Counted from the first letter of the whole stretch, positions 1 through 12,394 are shown. The stretch: 63,060 bases of DNA, filler included, from Sphacelaria rigidula (GCA_964200075.2; 7 parts of 7 records of this genome joined end to end with filler, not necessarily neighbours in it), one strand, 5' to 3'. Made by a program: numbers and translations. The notes: a model not told the origin generated them from the letters alone.

Positions 1-357
1 TTTCTTTTTCTCCTTTTTCCCTTCCCCCCCCTTTTTTTCCCCCCCCTTTTTTTTTTCTCTTTTTTTCCGCTCCCTTTTTTTTTTTTCTCTCTTCCTCCAT
101 TTTTCTTTTCGTTCTTCTTTTTCCTCCTATTTTCCTTCTTTTTTTTCCCTTCTTTTCTTCCCCTCTTTTCTTTCCGTTCCAGCTTCGCGCTGTTTGTTTT
201 CTGCTTTATTTCTTTGTCTTCTTCTCTTTGCCACCCTTTTGGCGAATTTATTCCCTCTCGTAGCGAGTGTTTACGTTGGTTAACGTTGGGTACGTTTGTC
301 TAATGACCACATCTCGAGTCTTGGCGAATAGTCTTAATTATGTGCGACAATCAATCA
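1..357 (+). repeat. 3' part of (CAAT)n-tailed retroposon family C with pyrimidine-rich body
   Basis: Ends ATGACCAC...TAATTATGTGCGACAATCAATCA. Related ends at about 10400-10476, 14085-14249, 17548-17671 (minus) and 54600-54856. Confidence 0.55.
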
Positions 358-779
358 GTGTCCGTGTTGCGCATGTATCATTTCCGTCCATCGATCGATA
401 CTGTCACGCACTACCATAACTAATCCAACCATGTCCGCAAGATAGACGTACCCGAGATGAATGGACGGAAATACCTGCTGAGGAGGAACATTCGAAAAAG
501 CGAGCAAAACCACAATGCTGTAAAAAATAAAAAAAATGAAAGAGTTTCGGAAAACGCTTTTTTGTCATTCCAGAGTGCAAACATCTCAGGATCAGAGTGC
601 ACAATAAAAAAAATCACCTCATCAGGAAAAAGTCAAGGGGATACCACATTTTGACCCTTGATACGTGGCTCGAAGAGTACCGGAGTTGAACATACATTAC
701 ACATCGGACCTTCTGCATGATACTAATGTAACGACTGCCTCCCCCACCCCCCGCTCCCTCTGACCTCCCGGAAACACAG

Positions 780-1236
780 GCATCGACGAAGCGTCTCCGT
801 CTCAGTGGGCGCTTTGAAGGACGCGGGGAACAAGACTACTTCCTCAACGTCGAGGCAACGCACGCGTCTGGACAGGGTCAGTCTCGGTGCTGGTGGTATT
901 GCTACGGTAGTTCGTGGCAGCAATCCCCCCAGGGGAGGCGGCGTTTTGGTAAAGGCACGCAGCTCTACCCTTGTCGACATTGCGCCTGCTCACTCTGCTC
1001 CCGCGGAAATATGCGCATTTGAGGTGGGCAACTCCAAGTCAAACCCCGCTATCCTAGGGTCTGAGAAGTGTAGTGGTGGCAACTGTGGTGCTGGTTACCA
1101 CCCCGGTGGTATTCAGAGTACTGATGGTGTTGGCAAAAGTAGAAGAGGGGCAGTAGCACTAGGTGTGTCTGACTTGCCAGCGTCGAACAGCGGTCCTCCC
1201 TTGAGCCCGCCCTTAGTATCTCGACGATCGTGCTGA
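780..1236 (+). CDS. Possible terminal exon of an unknown, low-complexity Ser/Gly-rich protein
   Basis: Acceptor CAG at 777-779 after a C/T-rich tract. Frame is open to TGA at 1234-1236, followed by a long GT-rich UTR-like stretch. No recognisable domain. Confidence 0.35.
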
Positions 1237-4200
1237 CAGCGCACGAGTCTAACAGCGGTAGATAGATATGTGTTCCACGTCAGGTTGGTCGTTTGGGCGG
1301 GGAAGGGGCCGTTTTGGAGATGGAATAATGATCCGAAAAAGAGCATCTCGCTGTTGTTCTTGTCGTTATTATTTTTCAGCGTTCTTTTTCTTTACTTTCC
1401 TTTCCCCCCCCCCTTTTTTTTTGTACTGCCTAGGGGAGAGCGATTTTTATACTGATGGGTTCGAGGGGTTGGGGGGACGGCACAATAACGTGTGTATCGG
1501 AGAGGGTCTCGCGGCTTTTTTGTCTCGCGGGTTATGCGTGCTGTACAGTCAGTATGGAAAACGTAGCCTTTTTTTATTCTCTTCCGGACCGAGTATTTCA
1601 AGCTGTGTTTTTCCCTTCCCCGCTCTCCTCCCCAAAAGTTTTGCACATGTATGCACTGTATGTATGAGTTATAGCCGTAGCGTTAACACGTGTTTGCGTG
1701 TGGATGGTGTAGGTAGGTGTGAGTCAGCCGCCTTTCTGTATGGGTGCGCTCAACCGCCTTTTTTTCGTTTGTGTACCAACAGACAGGTTAGAAGCAGCAG
1801 CTCAGGTTGCTTTGAAATGCCATAGTTGTTGCTACATGTCGCAATACGAATATAATGTCGACAGCACAGTGTGCTCTTGTCGTGTCTCGAAACGTTAGAG
1901 AGAGGATCTGTGCCCTTGAGTTCCTTCGTGAGCTGTCTCGGCTGCTTTAGGGGCGTTTTAACGCGCAAGGCGGTAGCCGCATCCGAAGTTGTGCAAAGGG
2001 GAAAAATAAAAAATTACCATCAATACTATGAGTACCCTCCTAGCAATGCATGTCGTCATGGGCCGGGGAAAAAACTGGCTCTATCTAGTTGGTTAGGTGT
2101 GTATGTCAGCCAAAAAATGAAGTACTTGGTACTACTAGGTTATTTTCCAAGCGAGAATGTGATGGCCGTGGTTCTGGTATCCCTAGTCCGAACGAAATGA
2201 AGTCATCATATTTCTGTCGCGTTCATTTGACGGTATTTTCTTGGTGTACCAAAGTTTAGGGTCTGTGGGGGGTATATGTATTTTTCAAGAGTAATATACA
2301 GAAGGTTATGGTAGACCCAGCTATGTATGGTATGGTCTGCCGTCTTCCAGAAATTTTGTAGCAACCATAATTTCCCCTTCTTTTTTTTTTTGTCGGGTCA
2401 AAACTGTGAGCGTGTCCCATGGTGGAAGCTCAAGGTTAGAGGCCAATTTGACGTATAACCGATGTCTATTTAGATCATGGGAGGGCATTTTTCGAGTGTT
2501 TATTTCTGTTTCTTGTGTATGCGTGTAATTTTGTACTGTATGTGTTTCTGTGTCTCATATTTTACTTTGTGAAGTGAAAGCGGCGGGCGTAGACATAATT
2601 GGTTGTCGTGACTGCGTAGAGGCATCAGAGGTTGTACCCACACGCAACACAGTGAGTAGCACAATTAGAAGAGGACTATCTTGAACTAAAACTAGTAGCG
2701 CGCCCCCGAAGAAGGGTGTGGGTGGGTTTGTTTTTCGTTTTTTTTAGTTGTGTAATATATTGGCGCGTTTTATATCTGTTGTGGTGCGTTTGCAAAGGGC
2801 CACGGCGTCTCAGCGTCGCTACACGCGGATTGTGTGTTCTCCGCGATGATGCTCGCCCTTGTGTGCGTGTGGGTGATGTGGACGTTTGAACGCGGCTGTG
2901 CGGCACACGTACTACTCACTCCGTGGCGCGTTTATCGACATTTTCGTGTGTGCGTGTGTATATGCATTTTTTTTGTGTCTGTTCCTTCTGCCGATTGCTT
3001 TGGTGATTGATGACTTTGGAGTCACTTTACAGCATACTTTTTGTCGGTTTTTGGGCTCAGCGTTTACTCTTGTCAACAAGGTTTGTGTTGTGTGTTGTAG
3101 TTCGTTCTTTATATAGTTATTTGTTTTCGGTGGTCCTTCATTTCTCAGTGTTGGAAAAAAACACGAGGAATGAAAGCTTTTTAATTTGTTACTTGCGCAC
3201 GTATCCCGAAGGCTCAAGTCAAGATTGATTCGTCCATTTATTCATTTTTTCGCATGTAATATATACACATATATGTACACCAATATTCTTCGGTTCGGAA
3301 AATCTGAAATTTATAAATATTTCAGTTTCCCTTTTTTTTTCTCCTCCAATAATTAATCAAAAATATTTTACATGGATTGAGCTCGTTCATTTTGGTGCAT
3401 CTATAGTTTTGATGAAAAAAGAGTGGTCCTCAGCGGGTTATTTCTGATGTTTGGAATCGAGTGAGATGAGGTTCAGCGGGTTTTTTCTAAGCACCTCGCG
3501 TGGCAGCGGTCGACTAATCGCTTGCCGGACGTGAGCCGAGGAGTTCGAGTGTGTCCCGAATGCTTGGGACGATATATGCGCACGCTCGCTTGTTGCGTGC
3601 CACTGGGAGAATCCGGTAAAGCCGCACAGCGCTCTGGAGCGCGACACGTGTCTCCAACCCTGCGGCTCAGTTGGCTTCAGATTTTTTTTTTTTGTTAGTT
3701 GATTGGGGTGGGTTGGGTTTAGTGAGTGACTAATACAAGAAGAATGGTTGCCCCCCCCCCCTCCCTGGTTTAGTGTGATGCGTGTTTGATGTGGCCAGTT
3801 GAGTGTGTGACGATGTCTCCGTTGTTGAGACCGCCCCAGCGGCGGTCCCTCGAAAATGGTCACGCTTTTTGTTCTTGGTTGTGTACCTGCATTATCCTTC
3901 ATTTTTTTCTTTTTTGGAGCGGCGAGGAGAATAGTTCCCACAGAGTGCAGGGCAGTGCGGCAAACGGTGGATGTGCTGAAGGAAAAGGCGGGGGGGGGGG
4001 GGGTAATAGAGATGACAAACTTTCCCCGAAAGTTAACACCATTGTTTTCAGGACGAGGAACCGGAATGTACAGTACAGTAAATATAATTGCAAGATGAAC
4101 ACCACGGCGTGAAGAAGTATGGTACGGCCATCTATGAAAGCTGGCGCAAAAATAAAGAAATAGGTGAACAGAAACAAGGCTGTCATTGCCATCTGAGTCC

Positions 4201-4955
4201 TCGGAGGAGTGCCGATTGCTCGCCTCGGGTAAGGTCTTCCTTCGGGCAAGCCGGTAGGTAGGCTCACTGCACAACTTGGACTGACAAATCACAATACAAA
4301 CAACATCCACCGCGTTGGTTTGTACCGTGCTTGGGTGTCCCACGATACACTCGACGTGTGCCGGCGTACATTTCTTCCTCGAAGCACTGCACTGTTTGCG
4401 AATGGGGGAAAACGCATGACGCACCTAACACATGTCAATGGGAACATCAAAACTCAAGAAGAAATACCGGTCGCCAGTCGAAACCAAACCTGGATTAGCT
4501 GCCCGCCCGTCTAGCTGCCCATCTGCTGTAACCGTTACACGAAGCGATACACCCGCATTACAGGTGTATATAACATGCCATCACATCTACCCACACGTGC
4601 GCAATTTTGGACACACAGCAGTCCACCGTCTACATTACTTGCCTGGGATCCTATTCACGGTGCAATTATTGCAAGATTTTGTTACATTCCCCCCCGAAAA
4701 TTTAGACTTCCTCCCCCCCCCCCGCCTTCTGCGAAGAAAAATGCCCGAAATAAAATTGGACACTAAATCTTCGGAGAAAACTGTAGTGAGTTTTGAAAAC
4801 TACAGTCGCGTAAATATTGACCCTCATCAGAGATGAGGAATTACGTTTCGAAAAATGATTTTGGCACTCCTACGTACTCAGTTTTACTCAACACCCCTGG
4901 GGCCTGTAGGACTTGCCACCACTGCAAATCGTGCCGTTTTTAGCCGGGCTTCACA

Positions 4956-5213
4956 GAGCAATGCTACGGTAGGGGTGCACATTGTTTTCTGAGGTAAGAA
5001 TTGTTAGGAGTCCTTTATCTCATCCGAAACACGACTACTTGTGGAATATGTAAGAGTACGCCAGGATTGCTATTTCAATTCACCAGGGATTTTCCCGAAT
5101 GAATTTGCAAACGGGGGTGCCCTGACCCATATTATTTACATCTAGAATCGTCAGGAGCCCCTGAACCAGACAAGATTTTGCGCAAAAAGCGCACCCCTAC
5201 CGTAGCATTGCTC
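4956..5213. mobile_element. About 258-bp MITE; related copies at 13693-13953 and about 60932-61184
   Basis: TIR GAGCAATGCTACGGTAGGGGTGC / GCACCCCTACCGTAGCATTGCTC. The other copies have similar length and degenerate TIRs. No clear TSD. Confidence 0.75.
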
Positions 5214-5852
5214 CAAACACGGGATTTTACAAATTGGGGATGTTTTTTTTATTGGGGATGAGAGCCCGGAGAATAAAAATCTTCGTATCCACCTTCTTGT
5301 TGCTCTTACCCGCTTTTCATGCGCGTTTTTGCTCCTCTGCGTTTTCTTTTTTATATTTTCTACGTTTTTCTTTTTATTTTCCTGCCCCTAGTTTGGACGT
5401 CGAAAGTTAAGCTAGGCTAGCTAGTAATACGATGGGGGATCACGTGCGGAGCCCTGACTTGACTTGACTTTTGAACAGAGCTCCCTGCGTGGTCCCCGTC
5501 CTCCATCGTAGTACTAGCCTGGCTGAACTTTTGACGTGAAACGTGAAACATGAACGTGTAACGTGTAGGGCTCTGAAAGGAGGACGTCTGTCCGTCTGCT
5601 AGTTTTTCTGCAGGTTTATTGCCCGGGGAAAACGCAAGTCTGCGCTGCGTCCTTTTGGAAATCTGCGCCCGACGATCCCAATTAAGCTTGATCCTCTTTA
5701 ATATCTTCTGCTGTATTTTCTGAAAATCTGCGACATATTTCGGTTTTCTCGCTGTTTTTTTCGCGGCCGTTTTTCTGCGCAAAAAAAACAGAATTCTGCC
5801 TTTTCTACCGCAGATGGAGTAATGGTCTAGATTTGTTGCCCAGGGTGTGGAG

Positions 5853-7497
5853 CAGGGTTGCACATCGGCTATCGATAATCGATACGATTTCGATATATAT
5901 CGGCGATACGCCATATCGGTATCGGAGCGTAGGAAATCGATATATAACAACGTTTTCGTGAGATTGAGAGTAGCGCGCTGATTGAGAGTGGTTTTGATCA
6001 CTCGCTTTAACATAGTCATTTTTTCATTCCGTGCGTGCTTTTCTTTGCCTCCATCACTTGCGTGAGCCCACAGCTACACGTCGATATCCTACTCAAGGAT
6101 ATTAAGGGCGTCAGTGGCAGGCTACTACAGAAAGCATATTGGGTCCCGTGGAGGGGCATTTCGGAACTGAAACGATTAATTCACTATTTGACCACTTTTC
6201 AGTCTCAATCGTATCCTCTACTCTCAATTTCACGAAAACACTGTTATATGTGATATGTATCAATATCGAATATCAATATCGAATATCGATATGCTCGATA
6301 TTTGGCCCCTTTTTCGTCACAACATGAGCGAAATTTCTCGAAACCGTCGTCACAGGAAACGTAGGGGGTGGTTTTCCCCGAACCGCAGACCCCCAGTTGT
6401 AGAGCGTTATTTGCGAGTAAAGTTGTAGAGCGGTTGCGCGGTGTGCAATTGGACGCAGTATCTGTTCGTAGGTTAGGAGGCGACAGAGAAACCGCTGGTG
6501 CCTAATGGGTTTGGTGATAGGATTCAACGGCGGTGTTTAACAACGGCAACATACGGGTGGCATGGCGGAGTAGATACGAGATCACGATCAAGATCAATGC
6601 AAAGCTGCAGATGACAGTAGAAAACAGCTGTCCTTCGGAGTACGAGGATATGGTACTGTTGCTTCACCTTTCCTTCATGTTTGACGAGTGTCGGATTTAT
6701 TTCCCCCTCCATCCATTAGTCTGGACGTTCTAATTGTCGCAAGCTTAGTGTTTTTTTTTCTTGGTTGGTGGCATCCAAAAATTATAACTTCGAAAAAAAG
6801 AGCGCGCATTTGAGTCTGTGCATGTTCGAAGTTTGACTCGTTTCCTTTTTTAATGAATGTGCAGAGTCGAGGTATGCGCTTAGTGACTCGAAACACACAG
6901 AATGGGGGCCGTAGAAATGAAAACAGTATAACCAATACCACACCCGGCCCGCTGTGCTCAACGACCTCTTGCACGATGACGACAGCTATTCGCGAGACAG
7001 CTGTATCACCGTATGCCGCCGCTGCTATGATGTCTATTTGCAGACAACCCGCTGCTGTACATCATGCGCCCACCAGGGTCCACTGCTGCTGACCTCTGGA
7101 AGCTACTGTAGGTTGCTTAAGATACCACACCCTCAGGAGCGATTATCAAAGCTCGATTACGTTCTCTCGACGAGATGGCTGCAACGCCGCCCAGTTCAGC
7201 CCTGGCATCACTTCTGGTGAAGAGTAAGTGAGCTTTGAAAATCTGCCTAGGGGATGTGGTATCTCATGCGACCTACAAAAGTGAGTGAGGCTGTCAGTGT
7301 CAGAGTGTACTGCTCGGTCTGGAAAACTGCGGCTACTGTATAGCAAAACAACCGTATCGTATCGAATATCGCTACTCGATACGTATCGTGTCATTTGCAG
7401 AATATCGAAAAAAAGTATCGGTATCGACGGTTGTGGTTCGATATTCCAAGAATATCTACTGTATCGAACTTTATTCTCGGTCCGATATGCAACCCTG
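5853..7497. mobile_element. Non-autonomous hAT-superfamily DNA transposon
   Basis: TIRs CAGGGTTGCACATCGG / CCGATATGCAACCCTG. Perfect 8-bp TSD GTGTGGAG (5845-5852, 7498-7505). Clustered TATCG/CGATA subterminal motifs at both ends. Confidence 0.88.
5946..6245. mobile_element. About 300-bp MITE nested in the hAT element; second copy at about 25653-25986
   Basis: TIR core GTTTTCGTGAGATTGAGAGTAG / CTACTCTCAATTTCACGAAAAC. Internal sequence is colinear with the copy at 25653-25986. Confidence 0.8.
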
Positions 7498-7593
7498 GTG
7501 TGGAGCGAGGACTGAGTGATGTGCTTCATGTTTCCATGATTTTGATTGGTTCATTTTCCCCCGCCGTATTTGATTGATCCTACGCATCACAGC

Positions 7594-7710
7594 GAGGAGT
7601 CTATATCGTTTATGTGGTGAGGAGTTCTTGTGTTTATGTCCTGAGGAGTTCATGTTTTCATATGTCGAGGAGTTCTTATCGTTATGCGTTGAAGACTTCA
7701 TGTGTTTTGT
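7594..7710. repeat. Degenerate 24-bp minisatellite, about 5 units
   Basis: Recurring GAGGAGTTC(T/A)T...TATG at 24-nt spacing. Confidence 0.6.
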
Positions 7711-7873
7711 AATGTTGGGAGGAGGCGCCCCCCCACTTTTCATTACTCAACTGCACCACTTCGGAAAACCAAATCGACCTCATCTTCTTTTCTTGAAGGC
7801 ATAAGTGTACGGCTTGCACACCACGTTCGGTCTACGACTACGCGGGCACATCCTTCGTGGGATTTCCCCACAA

Positions 7874-8167
7874 TCCGTTGGACAACACATCTTCGTCGGC
7901 GCATCCCTCACAGGATGTGAGCTATCCCATGGGTGCGTTGACTACTACGCACGAACCATCGTCAACCGACGATACACCTTGGTCGAAATATCCTCCGCGC
8001 ACTGCTGTTGTTATCTGCCGCCAACATGTGGGAGAGAACAGCGGCCGAGGATGCCGACGGAACTGTATCGTCGATCGCCAACGGCTCGTTCGTCGTAGTC
8101 AACACAGGCATGGGGATAGCGCGCATCCTGCGTAGGGTACCCCAAAGAATATTCTTCGTCCAACGGA
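7874..8167. repeat. Long imperfect hairpin (inverted repeat with almost no loop)
   Basis: The arm TCCGTTGGAC...CAGGATGTGAGCTATCCCATG...GTTGACTAC...CGACGATACA pairs with TGTATCGTCG...GTAGTCAAC...CATGGGGATAGCGCGCATCCTG...GTCCAACGGA. Centre is near 8025. Confidence 0.75.
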
Positions 8168-8923
8168 GGCGGTGGGCCGTACGCGACGTCTCGAAAAGGT
8201 ATGTAGAAGACTCTTTCTTCGACATGGGTGGTTCGGGTGTTCACTTCCTTCATCTCCACGTCCGAAAATTGCTCTTCGAAGAGTCACCTCGGCTGCTCAA
8301 GGTTGGCTGGTTCCAGCATGTCATTTTCGTTTTTGCTTTTGTTTCGAAAAGTCAAAACAGCAACGGCATGCGGAAACTCGCCAGCCTTGAGTCGCTAGGG
8401 TGAATCTTTGAAGAGCTATTTCCGGCCGTAGACATGCGGGAGACGAACTCCGCAACGACTGACTGTGGAAACGAGTAATCGCATGTCCTTTTGGGTTTGA
8501 AAAACAGGAAGGGCATGTTGAAACCCGCCAGACTCAAGCAGGTGAGGTGTGGCTCTTCGGGGCGACAGACAATTAACGTACAACAGAAGGAGGCCGTACG
8601 GCGAACGAAGCGACAAGCGATGGCTCGAAATGACTGCGTCGCCAGAAAGTGCCACAAACGCAATAAATACAAGCTTTAGTCTAGTCGTAACAACAAATTG
8701 TGCGAATTGAGGTTTAACTCCGAGATGAGGTTCAAGCCTAAAACAGTGCTTTCCCCACACTTTTCGCGATGGTGCCCAATGACGTTTTTGTTGGCCTAAT
8801 GCCCCTCGATCGCGTAGATACTTTTTCAGCGCAATTCACCGACTCTGTGAGCTTACAGCGCTGACCGAAACCGCCATTTTCCCTGATATTACCCCCCTAA
8901 AAAAAGGGGGGGAAATGACGTTT

Positions 8924-9023
8924 NNNNNNNNNNNNNNNNNNNNNNNNNNNNNNNNNNNNNNNNNNNNTTAATTAATTAANNNNNNNNNNNNNNNNNNNNN
9001 NNNNNNNNNNNNNNNNNNNNNNN
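8924..9023. other. Artificial contig linker (44N-TTAATTAATTAA-44N); identical linkers at 17947-18046, 26970-27069, 35993-36092, 45016-45115, 54039-54138
   Basis: Exact 9023-nt periodicity. The 12-mer carries stops in all six frames. Contigs are 8923 nt (x6) and 8922 nt. Confidence 0.97.
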
Positions 9024-9094
9024 CTTTATTCTTTGGTATCGCCACTTCCAGAGACAGCCATGGGTTTTACACTGCCTCATGGGTGTCTAACCAT

Positions 9095-9189
9095 AGGGGG
9101 GTGGGGGGGTTCTCATGTGTTGCTTGCCTGAGTCGTTTGACCATTGACCACGCATCCCTTTCGAGACAGAGCAGGGGGCGGGGGGGGGG
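9095..9189 (-). mobile_element. 5'-truncated copy of the LINE-A 3' end between G-rich direct repeats
   Basis: Matches about 16197-16262. Flanked by AGGGGGGTGGGGGGG and AGGGGGCGGGGGGGG (degenerate TSD). Confidence 0.65.
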
Positions 9190-9740
9190 AGCTTTTTGGG
9201 TTGCTGGCCTCCATTCGCTTAGATATACCGACCCACCTCTATTCGTTCCGCGACAACGTGAAGACAATGCAGGCACCGTTCCAGGAAGGCCATTTTCTCC
9301 AACTGCTTGTCGTTCGTCTCCAACGTCCGTGTTCGCATCGTTTGCTTGCACCTGTTCGTTACGTTCCAGTTTTTTGTTTTGTCAGTCGTACTTTTATTCG
9401 AACCCTTCCTCTTCCTCGGGACGAGTCCGTGGTCTCTCCCAAGGGATCAACACAACCTATCCCTTCCCCGGTACTATACACGCCTCATATTTTGGTATCG
9501 CAGGTTGGGTTATGACCACTCCCGCATAGCGTTGACGCTCGTCAAACAAACTCAATCCAACAAACGACCTTTGCTACTCATGTATATCTTCACGTCTTCA
9601 AAGACGGAAATCAGGTTTTTGGGAGAAAAAACGCAAACGTATCTGGCAGGAACCTAACCCGCTCTCTTCCCACCCTACTGGTGTCGGCTACACAATTTTA
9701 ATTTAGACCGCCGGGATGCGGCGGCCAAAGTGCCGTTATT

Positions 9741-10172
9741 AACAGAGGATGCTGAGAAACGGGGTTGAGTATTGAAATTAGTTTCCACTCCAAAACAGTG
9801 CTTTCCCTGACCTAAAGTAATGACAAATGACTTTCGTGTGGACGTCCTCATCCCCCCCGTTCTCCCTGAAACTATTTTTGGGGGTTTCCAGCCTTCCGGG
9901 CCCCCAAAGGGCATGTGCGAACAAAAATCACATTTTTGCCTCGGTTTTGGCGTGAAAAAAGGGATGATTTTTAGCCCGGAAATAGTGCTTTCACACACAC
10001 CCTCCGGGGGAGCGGAAGACGGGAAACACCTCAAAATAGTTTTAGGGAGGTCGGGGGGAAGGATTAGGTCGTCCATATGAGAGTCAATTGTCATGATTTT
10101 AGGTCAGGGAAGTACTGTTTTGGTGTTGAACCTCATTTTAATGTGCAACCCCATTTCTCAGAACCCTGTGTT
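9741..10172. mobile_element. Fold-back (long-TIR) element
   Basis: Arms of about 180 bp: CTGAGAAACGGGGTTG...CCAAAACAGTGCTTTCCCTGACCTAAA... versus its reverse complement at about 9990-10172. Arm fragments also occur at about 8710-8757 and 26840-26895. Confidence 0.75.
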
Positions 10173-11463
10173 TATTGTTGTACGCAGCAGTCTGTCCCAC
10201 CGGGGGGGAAATGTATCGGAAGAGATACGGCGAATCACGTTCACATCACCGCAAAGATGGATAGGGTGCAGTACTGTATTCCAGGGCGCCCTAGATTTTC
10301 CAGGATATTCGCAGTGCCGACCAAGCCAAGGATCCCGACGACCGTAAATGTGGAGTTTTTCCAGGGTCGTCTTTTCTTCGGCGAGTGTTTCAGATTTGCT
10401 TTTCTTGGGTGCGTCTGTCATGCGACCACGGCTGGACCCATGGGTGTTCAGTTGAAGTGCGACAAGCAGTCAATCACATCGAGGAGTCAGGGTATCGACT
10501 GGAGAGCGATCCAGAGTATTCCAGGGCACCCAGATGGAATACTGACTAGTTGGTGGATTGGTCGATTGATTGTTGCACGTTAACATTGACTGATCCCCGA
10601 GAGATCTAGCCGCTGGTCGCAAGATTGGACGCACGTATCCCCAAGGTAATAAACCAGACGGAAACAGTCGCTGAAGGGAACTCGAGCAAGGGAGAAGATT
10701 GAGAGGGGTAGAACGGACGCGGCAAACTGAGCCGAAACCAGAAACGGCACGAAACAGAACAAAAGAAGGAAAGGGCAAAAATATATGGGAACACAAAAAA
10801 AAGTCCGTACGCATCACGTACACCTTTGCAGCGTTGCCACCAGAGTTCATGTCTGCGCCGTCAAAGCTGTCTCGCATCAGGATCAACTTTCCGTGCTCTG
10901 TTTTTTGGTGAATGGGAACCGATGGCCAACCAACAAATCAATTGAGCGTGTGTGGCTATATGAGATAACATTCCTGTCTACGGTACTGCAGTGTGTCGTA
11001 AATAACGTCTACAGTGCGTCAATGCCGTAGCAGCCCGCTTATAAGAAACCGAAAACCGGGCTTGGCCCGAGTTTTTTTTTATCTGATACAGCGAAGGCTC
11101 TCTTGTGTTGGACTTCGTGTAGCGGTTGCCGCTGAGGCTGAACGCTGCCTGACTTTTGTGGGAAACTTCAACCTGATTTTCTTCCAACGTCACCCCTCAT
11201 GAGCGGGCCGCTTCTGTATGTGCTTGTAGCGCTAGCAAATGTAGACTTGGTTTGGCTATTCCCTCGCGAGAAATCGACGGACTTGCGTGGTGGTTTTGGT
11301 GTGTAAACATAAGAAACCCCTGACGGTTCGTGCTAGACCTTCGGCTCCGATAGAGTACAGGGGCGTGAGTTCTCAGGCAGAGGTGACTTCATGCCCTCAC
11401 GCAAAAAATGTAGAGGGACTGTAGCGTATTTCCCAGTGGATGGGGGGTGTGTATCACCTTTTA

Positions 11464-11637
11464 GGGTGTACTCATGATCATGCATGCCATAGTCATGAGA
11501 CCATTGACCTCGCATCCCTACAATGCCGGGACGGAGCACGCCGGGCTTTCGCCGGACCAGGCTTGCACTCAAACCACCAGTGTTGTGTTCGGCGAGTCTC
11601 ATGAAGGGTGAGCTGCATCCTGTCAAGATTGTTCGGG
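11464..11637 (-). mobile_element. Family B short retroposon (about 200 bp); copies at about 20486-20516, 27161-27360, 29149-29202, 30116-30310 and 62033-62084 (opposite strand)
   Basis: Shared GGGTGTACTCAT...GCC(A/G)TAGTCAT..GACCATTGACCTCGCATCCCTAC..GCCGGGACGGAG, adjacent to G-runs. Confidence 0.75.
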
Positions 11638-12208
11638 GTAGGCTAATATTTTGTGCGCTGAAAAATTGATGAAAATAGTGTATGAAGCAAGAGCTGGCTT
11701 TTACATGCTCTGGAAGTTTTGAACAAGCCACGTTATTTGACGCAGGTTGTTGGTATCTTGTTTTTCTGGAAGATGTGCTTCTGCCGAGAGTAAATGAGTT
11801 CACGCACCGCTTTGCAAATTCTCGCTCACCTTTGCGACGAAGAAACGGTACCATTGTTATTGTTGCTGGCCGTGCTATTGTTGTTCTTGTTGTTTTCAGT
11901 TTAGCCCTTTGCAAACCCATTGACGATTTGTTTTCGTGAATAGGCATCATACAGTATTGACTTGGAAATGTCTGAAAAATGATGCCGCCGATTCACAAAA
12001 GAAACAGAAACCGTCAATATGTTCCAAAAGAGTTTCAGCGAAGACCTTTCGACAGAGGAAAAAGATGAAGCCAACCGCCTTGTCATGTGCGTGATGGTGT
12101 GACCTGTCTCATGCCAGGGATAATAAACCTGAATCCATCAAACACTGCCCTGATCCCAAAGGACAACGCCTGCTACCCCCGTTGATACGGCAGCTCATCC
12201 GTACCTAC

Positions 12209-12394
12209 CTGTTATGAAGATTGTTGATAGCCAGCATGACCTGACCAGATTCTCGACATACGCTTTTGACCCTTTCGGCGCCCTGCTCGCTTTTGTGCTC
12301 TGCTCTCTTCACCGACCCCCTAATCTGCTCCAGCTCCATCTGCTTCGAGTTCAACTCCGAGTTGGTCACGAGCACTTCGTTCTGCATGTCTTGC
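12209..12394 (-). CDS. Internal exon of a coiled-coil protein, probably CCDC42/CFAP73 family (flagellar)
   Basis: Polypyrimidine tract and CAG acceptor (12395-12397), GTAGGT donor, phase 2-2, 186 nt. Peptide QDMQNEVLVTNSELNSKQMELEQIR...RESGQVMLAINNLHNR resembles the C-terminal coiled coil of this family as I recall it. Neighbouring exons not identified. Confidence 0.5.

Noticed and set aside
3438-4424. 328-aa ORF
   Set aside because: No domain, crosses homopolymer runs, no splice support; likely chance or decayed TE sequence.
5417-6019. 200-aa ORF as a transposase
   Set aside because: It spans the hAT boundary and the nested MITE and has no transposase motifs.
8968-8979. TTAATTAATTAA repeated at regular intervals as a biological repeat or CRISPR-like array
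   Set aside because: It is embedded in N-runs at an exact 9023-nt period, so it is an artificial linker.
11464-11560. Family A/B shared motif as a tRNA or 5S rRNA gene
   Set aside because: No cloverleaf, B-box or 5S similarity; it behaves as a retroposon 3' end.
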